The notes below the pieces were generated by a model that was not told the DNA's origin, did no database searches, and was given only the letters and a program-made list of their open reading frames with translations. This document shows, piece by piece, positions 36,867 to 50,200 of a DNA stretch of 64,000 nucleotides. Position 1 is the stretch's first letter, and every line of letters starts with the position of its first letter. The position numbers and the translations under genes are program-made. The DNA lies in the NCBI GenBank assembly GCA_964270895.1, contig OZ185435.1; one strand, given 5' to 3'. The DNA is from Podarcis filfolensis (Eukaryota).

Positions 36867-38754
36867 TAGAGGATAGATTTGAATCCAAGCAACCTTTGTG
36901 GGGAAAGGGGTAATACAGCCTCCTCCATCGGATGGCATCTACTGGGACCACTGCTTGCTCCACTTGGGGATGTTGGTTATACAGTGGGATGCTGATGATG
37001 TACTTGAAGTGGGCTTGGGACTGCCCAGAAGATTTTCTTTTTCTTTTTTTTAAATAATATTTGTTATTAAATTTTCAATTTCCCTATATCAAATAAACAT
37101 TTTACAAACTTCAAAATACCCAGTGACTTCCCTTCTTCTCTTTCCATGGTTCATTTTACATATCATACATCCATGCATATTTTACTATAGCCATCGCCAG
37201 AAGATTTTCGACAGCAGCCCTAGAAAGAAAAAACGGGAGCGTTTCTTGGACTCTTCCAGGCCTTGGGTGCATCCTCGCTGCGGAACTGCAGAGAAAGATT
37301 ATAGGGTGGAGGCCATGGGATGGCAAAGCACTAAACTGTTTAAAGCAAACTAACAATCTCCTCTGGGTCAAAGTCCAACTGGTGCCAAGATGTCTGAACC
37401 AAAGTGAAAAAAGTTCAGTTGTCAAATAAGCAATTCCTAACATGTGACTAAAAATATGACTCAATGAGAAGTGGTGTGTCCTCTTATTGTAGCCCAGAGT
37501 GTTGTGACACAAGTTTGCATCTAAATTTCTTCTGAAAGCATAACATCTGCATATTCAGGAACTGTAGCCATTCAGCATAAAACATTTAAGGCTGAATTAA
37601 TCTAATGGCGATTCCACGAACCTGTTGTTCCTCATTTTCTTGCAAACCACATTTCCGTAACTGATGGTCTTCTAGAAAGGCTACTTTTTCTGGATGCTAC
37701 CAGTAAATGACTAACGAGGTGCATCTCTTGCCTGCCTGCTTAATTGTAGCATCCAGTTAATGGAGCAACAGTGTCTTTTGGATTTTAATTTCACATTGGG
37801 GCTTGTGCATAGGAGTGTTTAGTGGGCAAGAAAGACTTGGGCAAAGATGTGAGCGGAGCTGTTGGATGACTGCAAAATGAAGTTTGTGTGTTCCAGATAA
37901 TGGTCATGGGATTGTGCTGCTTTTCTTTGCACTATTATGAATCTCTCCAAAGAGATTCCCCCCTGCCTCAGATTGTCAGTGCCCATGGCCTTGTATGTAA
38001 ATCATTTCTGGGCCTGGTGTTGTGTGTCACCAGCACCGTGGGAAAGTGGGTTGAGGCGAGATCTGTCTTGGAGGCCAGACTAGTCCAAGCACGCCGTCCC
38101 TACCTTGATTTCCCCACCCCCTGGGATTTTTGCTTTTTTAAAAAAATATACAATTCTGACGTGCTTGGGCAAGGCTTTCCTGAGGTGGGATGTTAAGTGC
38201 TGGAGGAAGCTGTTTGCTCTGTCTCTACCTTCCGTCAGTCATAGAGTACCAAGATCTTAATACTAGTTGGCCCACTGAGTTGGCAACTTGTGTGCAGAAT
38301 AGTTCTATTTGTGTTTTCCCAATTTCTGTGTGCCTTGTTAGCTGTCTTTTGGAAGGTTACCTTGTGAGCCAGAAATCTCCTTAAAAATCCTAAACCACAT
38401 TTATTCCCTGTAATCCAGTTGGGCAAACCTGAGCTTTCTTTTCCATTGTAGCAGTGCTATACCAGTTAATGTGACCATTCCATTTTAAGAAGTGCTTTTG
38501 TAAACCACTTGTAATTCCACTTTGGGAGAAATGGTGGAATGGTTCATTGTAGTCTTTTCCAACTCCAGCCAGCGAGTTGTAGTCCAAAGTATCTAGAGGG
38601 GTGTGAAAGATAGGTACAGTGTGTTTTTTTTAAAAAAATATGAATAAATACTGGTTTGATTATAGATCCTTCTTTACATGCCTCTTGTGCTTTGTTCCTT
38701 TTTTATTTTTTAAAATCACACATATATTGAATCCCCTTTCTGCTGTCTCTGCAG

Positions 38755-38868
38755 CCTTTTCCCTCCTGCTTCCTTGCTGTTGGTGGCTGGGCTGCTTCTT
38801 CCATGATTTTCTGCACTTAGACCAAGCTGTGCCTTAGCCAATCAGTTCAGACCGGCCTTCCTTCACAG
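38755..38868 (+). other. CTNND1: CTNND1 non-coding exon 2 (5'UTR)
   Basis: Pyrimidine tract plus GCAG acceptor, CAG|GTGTGT donor. The body (CCTGCTTCCTTGCTGTTGGTGGCTGGG..CTTCTTCCATGATTTT..CCAATCAGTT) resembles human exon 2 from recall. Confidence 0.8.
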
Positions 38869-41450
38869 GTGTGTATGGTGTGAAAAATCAATCTTAAATG
38901 TAATTTTGTTCTCTTCCATTATGGGTGGCGGGCTCTATTTTTCTCTTGAACTGACCATTTTAAAAATTTTGAATTTCCTCCCATGGTAAGGAGATGAAAA
39001 GCCCCCAGGTAGAGTACAAATGTGGGCATTAACTCCCTCCTGCCTCCCCAATTCCAACCACACTTTTGTGCACGGCTTGCTTTAAAAGTCAAACACAGCT
39101 TTATGGATTTATTAAGTAGATTCTGTCTCAAGACATTCCTGTTGGGCCTATGCCAGTGCCCTGTTCTCTAGCACAGTGGCATATGATTTGCAGAACACCT
39201 TGCTCCCCTTTCCCATCTTGTTAGCCATGAAACGATTGCTGACAACCACATTAAAGCCTGTAGCTCCACACCTGTGGTTTTCAGCTGATAAAAGGTGGTA
39301 AAGGAAACAGCTCTTGGAGGGAAATGGCTTGGAGGAATATCTTGCACTTTGGAGATAGATTTCGCTGCAAAATAAGTTTGAGGGTTTTAAGAAGCTGTAC
39401 TGCTTCCCAACCCTTTACTGCTTAAATGCCATTCACATATGTAATGCTGCAGCCAAGGAAATGCACGCTGTGTCCTCAAAATACCTTGGGCAGATTTAAC
39501 CAGATAAGACAGAGCTCTGCTGTCTCCATGGTGGTAGCAACGTTCTAGATGTGTATTGTTGATGAGCATTTGACAACCGCATATGGCCAGACATATTATA
39601 TGTACACATAGATGTATTATATGGAATGTTGCTGTTTCCCATCATGTGTTTGAAAAAGCCATTAACACTGGAGCTTTGGAAAAATGAGAGTGAGTTTCAT
39701 CCTTCTCTGCCCACCTTTCTGGCGCTGGCTCTTGGTATCTTTCTGCCCAATATATAATCACTGTGTTGGTAGGTCACAAAGCAACCGAATTTGGCCTCCC
39801 CCAGCTTGGTGCCTTCCAGATGTTTTGGACTACAACTGCCATTAGCCCCAACTAGCATGGCCAACAATTGGGGTTGATGGGAACTGTAGTCCAAAAACAT
39901 CTGGAGGGCACCTGGTTGGGGAAGATGGAACTTAACTTCTTATTCCCAGCTGTGACATGACATTGAGGAATTAAAGGCTATTGCACCCTGACAGGAATGC
40001 ACAAGAACATAACTGACAGGCAGTTTCCTGTTTAGGAGACAAGGACCTGGGCTCTAGACAGGCCAGTCAGATCTGTAAGTGCTGATGCAGTGGAATTTGG
40101 AAATTGCAGCCATATCAAAAGGCCACATGTTAAATATGAGGCGGCTCTTGCGACAACCTCTTCAGGATTAATAGGGCAGTATTGAGGGATCGCTAAGATT
40201 TATTTGCAAAAAAATCTATTCTGCCAACATTAAGGAAAAAAGCCCTGGCAGTGGGCAGCATAAGATGAGCAGTAAAACTATATTCAAAAAACCAATACAA
40301 AATGCATCACAAACCAGAAGATCAGCTTAATATCTCAAATACATAATTGGATCATTTCCCAGGGGAAAGCCTGGATGAGCAGATGAGCTTTTAAGCAGGC
40401 TCCTAAATGCCAATACCGTAGGTGCCTGGCTGATGTTCACTGGGGGTGCATTCCAAGGGGTTTGTGCCGCCACACTGAACAAGTCCTGGTCTTAGTAGAT
40501 ATGAGACAAATCTTGGGAGCGTGCGGCACTACTGAGAGTGTCACTCCTGAGGATTAACAAATGGTTGCTCTGTGTTTAAAAGCCAGGGCTATTTGGACCA
40601 GTCTTGCATTACAGGAAAAACGTTAGTGCTGGAGACATAGACCAAACTCCTGTTCCCTGGCCAGGGTTCCCTCGCCTATGCATTAAAAGGCACACAGAGC
40701 TAAGCTTGCAAAGGCAACATATACCAGGTAGCTTCTAAATAACCCACAAACTAATCTCCTTTCTCCTGCTTGTTGTTTCCTGCTCAGAGTGGGATTCAAC
40801 CAAGTGCTTCATGTTAGAAGGGTACACCGTCCACATAACGTGAGGGATTTGTTGGGAGCAAGGGAGCTAAATTGCAGGGGAAGTATAGAAAAGGCCATAG
40901 TCAGCCTAGAGGGAAATCATAGCCACCCCCAGTAGGACCACTGGTTAAAATCCTGAGTATTACCATTAAAACTGTCCCTCAAACTTCTGTGGGTGCCAGA
41001 AAGCTGGGCCTATCCTTCCCAGAATCTGGCCTGCACTTTTGACAAGAGCCTGCAGAAAAGAAGCCATGAAACATAATTTGCCATGGCCACTTCTCTCCTG
41101 AGGGAGCACCCTTGGGAATCGAATTTCCTTTTGCACTTGTTTGCCTTGGGGAGGCTAGGAGGGAGAAAATATGTCGTCTCCTTCTCCTGCTCTGTTGATT
41201 TGTGGGAGGGGAAAATGAAGCAAAACTCTGGTCTTTCCCCAAGTTTAATTTTTTTTTAATCAACGCAACAAATTCTCTCTTCTGTGACCTAAATCTTTCT
41301 CTTCTTACTTTCTCCCCAACTCTTGTGTGTGAAGTGAGGGGCTCCCTTCTCCCCTCCAGCCCCCTTTTCTGTGTGACGTCCATTCCCTCCAACCCCGTGG
41401 CATCTCCCTGCCTTGCACCCGCCCTCCCCCCGTGCGGGGCCTTCACAACC

Positions 41451-41645
41451 ATGGATGACTCGGAAGTGGAGTCGACTGCCAGTATACTTGCCTCCGTCAA
41501 AGAGCAGGAGGCGCAGTTTGAGAAGCTGACGCGGGCACTGGAGGAGGAGCGGCGCCATGTCTCTGCACAGCTGGAGCGCGTCCGCGTCTCCCCGCAGGAT
41601 GCCAGCCAGACCATGGCCAACGGCACCCTCACCCGCCGGCACCAG
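41451..41645 (+). CDS. CTNND1: p120-catenin exon 3 coding part (coiled-coil N-terminus; isoform 1 ATG 41451, isoform 2 ATG 41613 = Met55)
   Basis: ACCATGG Kozak context; MDDSEVESTASILASVKEQEAQFEKLTRALEEERRHVSAQLERVRVSPQDASQTMANGTLTRRHQ; donor CAG|GTAAAA. The UTR part probably starts at 41335 after an AAG acceptor. Confidence 0.97.
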
Positions 41646-43749
41646 GTAAAATCACCTCAGGTGAGGTGGGCAAGCAGGATGCTTGTTGGCTTCTGGACTC
41701 AAGTGGTGCCTGCTGGAGTGCCGCCTTGGTAGTGTGGCTTCTGTCGGGGATGGTTTGCGGGGCAACTTGGCCCAAGGGCTATGACATTCTGCACTTTGCA
41801 TAGCTGGGTCTACAGGCCAGTGCCTGTTCAGCGGCTAACCCTAGACAACAGCTCTGTTTAGGAAGTGGTGTCATGGAGAGGTTGAGCAACCAATGTTGAG
41901 TGAGTGGCTAGATTTTGCTTTCACAGTGCCTAGTGTCATATGAAATAAAAACCACCATCCATGTTGAAGTAGAAACTGAAGTGCTTCTCCTTGGGAGACA
42001 GACCCTCCTTTATAGGAGTCCACCTCATGGAAAGTGGTGGACTCTCCTTTCATTGGAGGCTTCTAAGCAGAGGTTGGCTGGCCATCTGTCAGGGATTCTT
42101 TAGCTGTAATTCCTCCATTGTAGAGGGTTCGACTAGTTAAGCCCCAGGGTCCCTTCCAACTCTGATTCTCTCCTTCCTATTCCCATTTTAACTCCTGAAG
42201 ACCAGTAGTATATCATACCATACTTAGAAGTCTGGTTCACCTATAACACTAAGCCCAGACACATTGAAGTGTGGATGAGTGAGCCTGCAGGTACTCAGAG
42301 CAGAACGTGCGGCCACCACATCTATTCTAGTCCTACTGCCACTGCCACAGTACTAAGAACTAAGCCATGGCTTGGCTTATTGGGACCTTCAAGACCAGGC
42401 TCATGGTTTACCTCACTCCAGATGAGCCATGTGTGGTAAGTCATAAACAAACCTTGGCTACAACTTGTGGTTTGATGTAATGCTAGGCCAAACCATGGCT
42501 TAACTCTGGGTAACAGCAGCAGGACAGGAGCAAACCAGCTGTGAATTTTTGCCTAGAGTACCCCCAAACCCATTCCCTCATGGTTTGCCTTAATGTTAGG
42601 CTTGTAGTGGGCCAGTGTGTGCTTGTATTGATTACTGATGGTTCAGAGTGTGTATCTGTGTAACGGGATGCCCAGCAAAGAAGTGGAGTTAGCTGCTGTA
42701 GTGCTTTCTAGAGAACATCCTGGATATGAGGATCTTGGTGTAAAAAATAATAATAAGCCAGAGTTCTTCATTTAAGCTGCTGTAGAACAATCAAAACTTC
42801 CTTGCCCTAGCTGCTCATAATGGCAACCCTCGTTCTTTGATAGCAAAGTGCCCTCAAATTCAGACACACCAGGATGAAGTAGCATGAAGGAAATGTCTCG
42901 GGTAGATGTGGAGAAAACCCCCAGATGACTTTTTTTTGAGGCTTTTAAGCCAAGCTCATCTTGCCTTTCCCTTTCTGTTTGATTACTGCTAGCTATTTGC
43001 GTTTTGTACTTCTCAACCTCAGGGGTAGGGTTGAGGAAGTAGACAGCGCCAAAGGATACTTATTAAGCTTGCGGTTGCTATTTTGAGTCCTGTTTAGTTC
43101 AGAAGTTCTGCCCCAACAGGGATGGAAACTGTTTGGGATGCACACAAGAACAGAGCTGCAGGGGTCTGCAAGGTGGTGTTGAACTTGAGTGCTCTACTTG
43201 GAAGATCCTGCATTTAAATCCTTTTCACTCTGGAGGGGAGAGGTCTGCTGAGATGGGTCACCCTCGTTCTTTTTGTAGGATGGAGATGGGACTTGAGACT
43301 TTTGAGCTGTTGTGGCCAGGGGCTGCTTTTCCCAGTCTCTGAACTGTTTTCTCAAGGTGATCTTCCATGTCCTTTAGTTAGCTACCTTAGTTAAGAGCTC
43401 TTGATGCCTTTTGGGTTGTGGCAGCATGCAGTCTTTTTTAGTTCTCTCTGGGATGCTGCATTCTCTCCCTGCATAGGGTTTCATAGATGGACAGGAGAAC
43501 TTGTCCGTTTCTCTCTCCACCTGTGAGGAAGCGTAAACCTCTTAAGGAGCTACCTAACACTCTGCAACCTATATGTATCGTGTTACTTGCTAATTGCGCC
43601 AGACCAGCCTTCTAGTTCTTCACTTTATGGTGAGCCATAAACTCAACCAGGGCTGAACTTGCTCAATTGCCACAGGTGACTTCCACTCCCCCGCCCCCCC
43701 TTATTTCCCCTGATTGTGGACACAAATGCACCACTATTTTCTTTTACAG

Positions 43750-43821
43750 AACGGCCGTTTCTTGGGCAATGCTGACCTGGAGAGACAGAAATTCTCTGAA
43801 CTGAAACTCAACGGACCACAG
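43750..43821 (+). CDS. CTNND1: p120-catenin exon 4 (72 nt)
   Basis: TTTTACAG|AAC; NGRFLGNADLERQKFSELKLNGPQ; CAG|GTAAAG. Confidence 0.96.
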
Positions 43822-44312
43822 GTAAAGAACGGAACTGAAAACTTATTTCTGGCAGGTGGCACTAATTTGCTGAAGGTGTTGTTGCTTTTTTCAAGGGGAT
43901 CTAACCTGATGTGAAAATTCGGGCTGGATTCTTTGAGGTTCTCCAATCTGTAGCCTGTGGTGGGTGGGATGGGCCTACGTTTTTCCTCCATAAAATGTTG
44001 AGAAACTGTTATGCACGTGGAGAGGAAGTCTGAGTCACTTTCTCTCCTACTCTTGCGTTGAATGGAAAGCCACTCAGTGGTTGACGTCCTATTTTGTTGC
44101 ATGAATTTACTGTGGTTTGAACTGGAACTTGGGTTCAAAAGCCTTAAATAGCAATGTCTAAAGAGAAAAAAAACCCTTTTTGTGTATGCGCTTCCTGAGA
44201 GAGAGACTGGGTATTAAAGGGAACTTGGCAGGTTGTGCCTGGCTTATGGGAAGTGTGCAGAATTGTCTGGGCAGAATTGGGCTGCTGCTGATCTGTATCT
44301 CCGTCTCCTTAG

Positions 44313-44471
44313 GACCACAGTCACCTCATATACAGCACCATTCCCAGGATGCAAGACCCAGGACAGATTGTGGAAGAGACCTACACTATGGAGGAGGATC
44401 CCGAGGGTGCCATGTCAGTTATTTCGGTGGAGACCTCTGATGATGGGAAAACTCGCCGTACAGAGACCACG
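44313..44471 (+). CDS. CTNND1: p120-catenin exon 5 (isoform 3 ATG at 44349 = Met102)
   Basis: CCTTAG|GAC; DHSHLIYSTIPRMQDPGQIVEETYTMEEDPEGAMSVISVETSDDGKTRRTETT; ACG|GTGAGA. Confidence 0.96.
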
Positions 44472-45396
44472 GTGAGAGGCTTGAGAAGAATTGCAGGTTC
44501 TGATATTGTGAAATGTGCCCCTTATTTAGTAGCTGGGCTGGGAAGAGATTAGGCTTGTGTGTACCAGACACTCGACAGCAAAGAACCGCTGGGGCTTAGA
44601 ACACCCAAACAAGCGGTGTTTTAAATTTCTATTAGTGGCAGCTGCCTCTATGCAGTGATCTAAAGTAGTTTTCGCTGCTTCATTTGTTATCCCCAAAAGT
44701 CTATGCAGGCACAGTGAAGGCAACTTAATTCACCAGTAGAGGGAGGCCTGCAGGATTGCACTCGCTCCCCTCCCTCATTTCTGGGAGCATGAATTCAACC
44801 TGTCTAGCCTAACTGCCATTCATGTTTATTGGTGGTGATGTAGACAGCAGACAGAACTCACCAAGGTAACCATTTTAACAGAGGAGCAGGATATAAGCTG
44901 GGCAGGAAGGAGGGAGCATGTGATTCTGCCACCAGCTCCTAATAGCTTAGCCAGGCTTAACCAATGGGCAATATTGCATTGTGCTTAACCAAAGTGTCCC
45001 AGAAGCAGGATTCTGAGAACTGCAGCTCTGCCAGTTCTCTCAGCAAGAAAACATTTAGGGTTGGACTTAACTCGCCTGCAGTGCACAGGTTTTGCAAGCA
45101 CCTGCAAAGGTCTATGAAAGGTGTACCACCATGTGGTGTTGAGCTTCCCGCTTACATCATGGCTAATGGCAAAGGATGATGGGAGTTGTAGTCCAGCATC
45201 TGGAGGGTGCCACATTAGCTACCCCGCCGTCTAGAAAGACGGCCCAGAACAAGAGCCACGGAGGGTAAAAAGAGCAAGACCATGTGGAAGTAATGGGGAA
45301 ATACCACAAAGAAATCAGTGATTCCAGCTTGGCACTGACTACTTGGGGGTCAAAGGCGCTGGCAGATGCCTAACAGCTCCCGTTACTGTTGTGTAG

Positions 45397-45929
45397 GTGA
45401 AGAAGGTTGTGAAGACCATGACCACGCGCACAGTGCAGCAAGTTCCTGTTGGCCCCGATGGGCTGCCTGTGGATGGCTCTCCAGTCCCCAACAACTACAT
45501 CCAGACCATGGATAGGAACTTCAGGAAAAACACCAATGGCGGCCCTGGGGCCTACATGAGCCAGCCGGGCACAGCTACCCTCCCGCGAAACTACCACTAC
45601 CCAGACGGCTACGGCCGCCCGTACGAGGACAGCTACCACGGCAGCGAGCACAACTACGGCAGCCTGTCCCGCGTGACGCGCATCGACGAGCGCTACCGCC
45701 CCTCCATGGACGGCTACCGGGCCCCCAGTCGGCAGGATGTCTATGGGCCTCAGCCGCAGGTGCGGGTAGGGGGAAGCAACATGGACTTGAACCGCTTCCA
45801 CCCAGAGCCTTACGGGTTGGAGGACGACCAGCGCAGCATGGGATACGATGACCTCGATTACGGCACCATGCCAGACTATGGTACTGCCAGGCGGACTGGG
45901 ACTCCCTCCGACCCCCGCCAGAGACTCAG
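45397..45929 (+). CDS. CTNND1: p120-catenin exon 6 (regulatory/phosphorylation domain)
   Basis: GTGTAG|GTG; VKKVVKTMTTRTVQ...YGSLSRVTRIDERYRPSMDGYRAPSRQDVYGPQPQVRVGGS...GTPSDPRQRL; AG|GTAGGA (phase 2). Confidence 0.97.
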
Positions 45930-46904
45930 GTAGGAGCATTGTGCTTGGCATTCTAGGGCAGATGGTGGCAATGATTCTGCCATGATATAGAATCTGTTAA
46001 AGCGACACTGGAGGGGTGGACATGCACTCGTTCTTAAGAAACATTGTGAAGATGTGCTTTTACCATAGCTCTTTGAGACACTGACAATGCAGTCTATAAA
46101 GCGAGCTTTAGAGTTGTACAGACTTGGCCTTGGGATTCAGGGATGAGCAGAATTTTTCTAGAGGACTCTGCTCATCTGCTTTTGTCCCTTCAGTTAAAAG
46201 GAAAAGGCTGAAAATGTTATTTCAAGTAAACCTTCCAAAAATGTGCCACTGAATGTCTGTTGATAATTGTAAGGAGCTTGTGGCGCTAGTGCTCTTTTTG
46301 GCCTCAAGAGGAAGTATATTGAGAGCTCAGTGTGATGGCTATTTTCTGGATGAAAAGTCCCCATTCACACGTCACCTCTTGCTGTGTGCTAAGTGATCTT
46401 AAGCAAGCCACTCCATGAGTCCTCCTCTGCAGTATCCTCCACCTTCAATGTGGGGATGATACTAAGCTAGCTCTGCAGGACCCTTGTGAAGAATTCTTGA
46501 GTGTGTGTATGAGGAGTCTCATTAAGGTGCTAGATAAGGCCTAACTATAATAAGATGGCATCTCTGGTACCGGTATTATGAGGTACTCTTTATTCCTTCC
46601 CATTGTGAAAATGCATCCTTTTGTCACTGCAATGAAAATGAGCCTTGGTGTTGCACAGCTGTGAGTTCTTGCTTTCCATTGCCAAGAAGACCCTGACTGT
46701 ATGACCAGCATTTTTCTGTTGAGCATACAGGTAGCAGTGACTGGTTCACAGCTGTAGAGCGAGGGGCTTCAGGGCTCTGTATCAAGATTCAAATGCTTGC
46801 ATGGTGTATAAATCTTACTAAATAAATAGATAAACCTAGGGCTCACCAGGTTTTTTGTGTGTGGCCTGGGGTCATATTTGGAAATCTGAAACTGTCATGG
46901 TCAT

Positions 46905-47211
46905 CACAAAATACCCAGTATACCTGAAGGAGCATCTCCACCCCCATTTTTCAGCCCGGACACTGAGGTCCAGCTCCGAGCGCCTTCTGGCAGTTCCCTC
47001 ACGGTAAGAAGTGAGGTTACAGGGGACCAGGCAGAGGACCTTTTCGGTTGTGGGGCCCACCCTGATGTCAAAGAAATAAACAACTATCTGACTTTTAGAA
47101 GACATCTGAAAGCAGCCCTGTATAGGGAAGTTTTTAATGTTTGATGTTTTATTCTGTTGGGAGCTGCCCAGAGTGGGGAAACCCAGCCAGATGGGCGGGG
47201 TAGAAATAAAT

Positions 47212-47250
<39 letters not shown>
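46905..47250 (+). mobile_element. L2-type LINE 3' end with (ATC)13 tail
   Basis: Encodes PVYLKEHLHPH..ARTLRSSSERLLAVPS (L2 ORF2 end), then GACTTTTAGAAGACATCTGAAAGCAGCCCTG and ...AGAAATAAAT followed by (ATC)13 at 47212-47250. Confidence 0.8.
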
Positions 47251-47252
<2 letters not shown>

Positions 47253-50200
47253 TTCACACAGGAAAAACAGCCAGAACTTACCCACCACAAACAAAAAAAA
47301 CCTAAAACATGTAAAATGGGCAACATGCCCCCCAAAACAAATAAAGCAGCCACATGCACATACCCCCCCGGAGACACACACCCAAAATGCAGGCAAAATA
47401 CCCTCAAACAGATTTTAAAAAAGTTGACACATTCGAGCTTGCTTTCTCTTGTGTCAACCTAATAAAAAGGAATCTGCCGCCCACTCTCCAATCTCAGAGA
47501 TTTAGCAGGTAGTGGCTTTTTTTTTCCCTTGAGGAGTTTCAAAAGAAGGCTGCTGCATCATTTTTCTTCCTTTCCAGTGAAGAATGCCTCTGGGCTTACA
47601 TGGGACCCAAAGGCGGTCTGGGAAATGGAAAGGGAGAGGTGGGGCAGCTGGCGGCCGGCAGTTCTCTTTCCAGCCAGTGCAGCTGCTGCCAAAGTGTAAA
47701 AAAACAGGAACAGCAACAACAACAAAATAGGTAGTGGTTGCAGTTGCCAGATGGGCACCAAGAGTTGTGTGTTCCGATGTCTGCAAGTGCTGCATGGGGG
47801 ACCCCAGACTTAACCTTCTCTTTTCTTGTTTGCCTAATGGTGGCATAGGTTTACAGTCAACTGGGTGTTTTCAGATGGGGGCTTAAGGCTACAAATAGGC
47901 CAATGGCAACAGAAAGGGTAAATCCCCCAGAAAGGGTAAATGGGGTGGAGATTCAGATTATAGTAGGCTGATGACACTGGCATTGTGTGGATGCTGCGAG
48001 AAACTTCTATGTGTGAGAAGCACTGATCCCACAGTAAAGGCCTGTCCCCTTGCTCTGTACCTTTGGTGTAGTATGATCTTGCGAATATCAGCTTCCATTG
48101 AAAAAACCCCACATCCCAATCACCCAGACTTAAATACCCTGATTTGTTGTGGAGACACAGGGTTGATAATTTATCTTAGCTATTCAGATAGAAAGAGGGT
48201 TGTTAAAAGTTCAGGCTTTTGGTAAAATGGAGCTGAATAGTGGCAAACTCCACGGCACAGTTTCCATTCCTCTTCTGTGGTCTCCTACCTGTCTTCTGCT
48301 GCTTCATGTCAGCTTCTGCCTCTGCCTGTCCTTCGCTCAGTGTTGACCCAGAGTATTCATCCTCAGCACAATTTCAGTTCTCTTCACCCCCTTCCACTGT
48401 ATATTCTGCAGATTAAAGTACATGGATTAAAGGTATGTAAAATGACTATATTGTCTAATACTCCTTTGCTGTTTGACATTGCTGTCAGAGAGGAAGAATT
48501 TTGACCACCTTGGCTAACCCCTGAAGTAGGTGACTTTGTCATTAATCAGTTATGGTAGCTTTTGGCTGCAGAACTCAGGCCTAGAAGGGGAGAAGTGGTG
48601 TCTTCTGCTTGACCTACACAGCTTCTAAACTCTGCAGGTTCTTGATGGAGCAGAGTGATGGCTTCTCTTGCCCGACTGACTTCACAAATGTTAACAATGG
48701 ATTTATTGCCCAGGACTCATCAGGGTAGGGTAGGTTAGGGGAGGCTGAAATTCTGCAAAACCTGCTGCTTGGGTCAATGGACAAAACTTCATCCAGTTTT
48801 GGCTTCTCAACAGATAAACAAGATCTCCAAGAACGTATAGGAGATCTGTGTTCAGGATCTCCTGAGGATTCTCAAATTACTTCAGAGCAGCGGCAGTCCT
48901 ACCCCATCCCAGTTTGGACTGCTCTTGCTGGACAGGTGGTGATGGTGCAGTGTTTTGTTTTTCTGTGGAAATGTTTCTGTTTCATGAGTTCATCAGGAAC
49001 AATAAAGGGATGTTTTGATGCTGTTTTGAGCATGGTTTGGTGGAAAGGCGGGATACAAATTTAACAATAACAAAAATAATGCCTGAAAACTCAGGACTGC
49101 TTAAAATGCCCATAACCTCAGGCTTTTTTTTGCGGCTAATGCATGTGGCATCTTAAGTTTAGCCAGAGGAGTGAACAATTAAGCGACTTGCTCACATGAT
49201 TATAGAAAAGCGGCTCCTTCCTGTGCTGTATTGTTCTGACCTGTGACCTGCACAGTTAACATTGATGCATAAAAGCTGCTCCAGTAGAATTTCCAAGCGT
49301 GGAGTTTGACTGCCAGTTCTGAAATTGCTGTGCTTTGTGCAAGCAAATAAAGGTTGAATAAACTATTTATTATTTATATTTATTATATTTTCCACCTTTC
49401 CTCCGAGAAGCTCAAGGTGGTATATATACATGGTTCTTTCCCCTTCCACATCTTTATCCTCATGACAACTGTGTGAGGTAGGTCAGTCTGAGAGAGTGCC
49501 TGACCAAAGGTCACCCATTGAGCTTCAACACTGGGGATTTGAACCCTGGTCTCTCAGGTTCTAGACCAGTACTCTAAACACTCTGCTACACTGGCTCTGT
49601 GGAATTGTAGAGGTTGAAAGGGGCCATGAGGGTCATCTAGTCCAGCCCCATGCAATGCATGAATCTTTTGCCCAGCATGGGACTCAAACCCACGACCCTG
49701 AGATTAAGTGTCTCATGCTTTACCGGCTGAGCTTTTTCCTTGTGCTGCCACCTCCTGTGTTGAGCTGTGTGTGCATGTCTGTTGTCCATTCTCCTTCCTA
49801 TGATGGTAACTAGCCAGATAACATCTTTACTTGTTCTGAGTAAGGAACTGAACTTTACTACTTTTTTTTTTTAACCATTGTGACTTGGCAGCTTGCCCTT
49901 GTGAAGAAAGGCCTCAACAGCCTTTTAGTATGTTCAGTGTCCTCTAGCTCAGTAATCTGCCATGAAGGTCAGGAGACCCACTTGCGAGCATTCTGCTAAA
50001 CTTCTGAGGCATGCACGAAAAACACCAGGAGGTGATGTGGTCTGACAGTAAGCCACTGTAGAGGATTGATTCCCCCCACCCCCACCCTGTGCTCTCATAT
50101 TTTCACACGGAAAGTCGGTACGGGTTGGTTTGCTGCTTTGAGACGATATGACGGTTTTGATGAAGTTTCCCAGAACAGCTGCCAGGCCCAAGTGTTGCCT

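Noticed and set aside
40979-41632. 217-aa antisense ORF over exon 3
   Set aside because: A shadow ORF of a GC-rich coding exon.
43822-43855. Second CAG|GT donor downstream of exon 4
   Set aside because: It would add 34 nt (out of frame) and GTGGCA is a poor donor.
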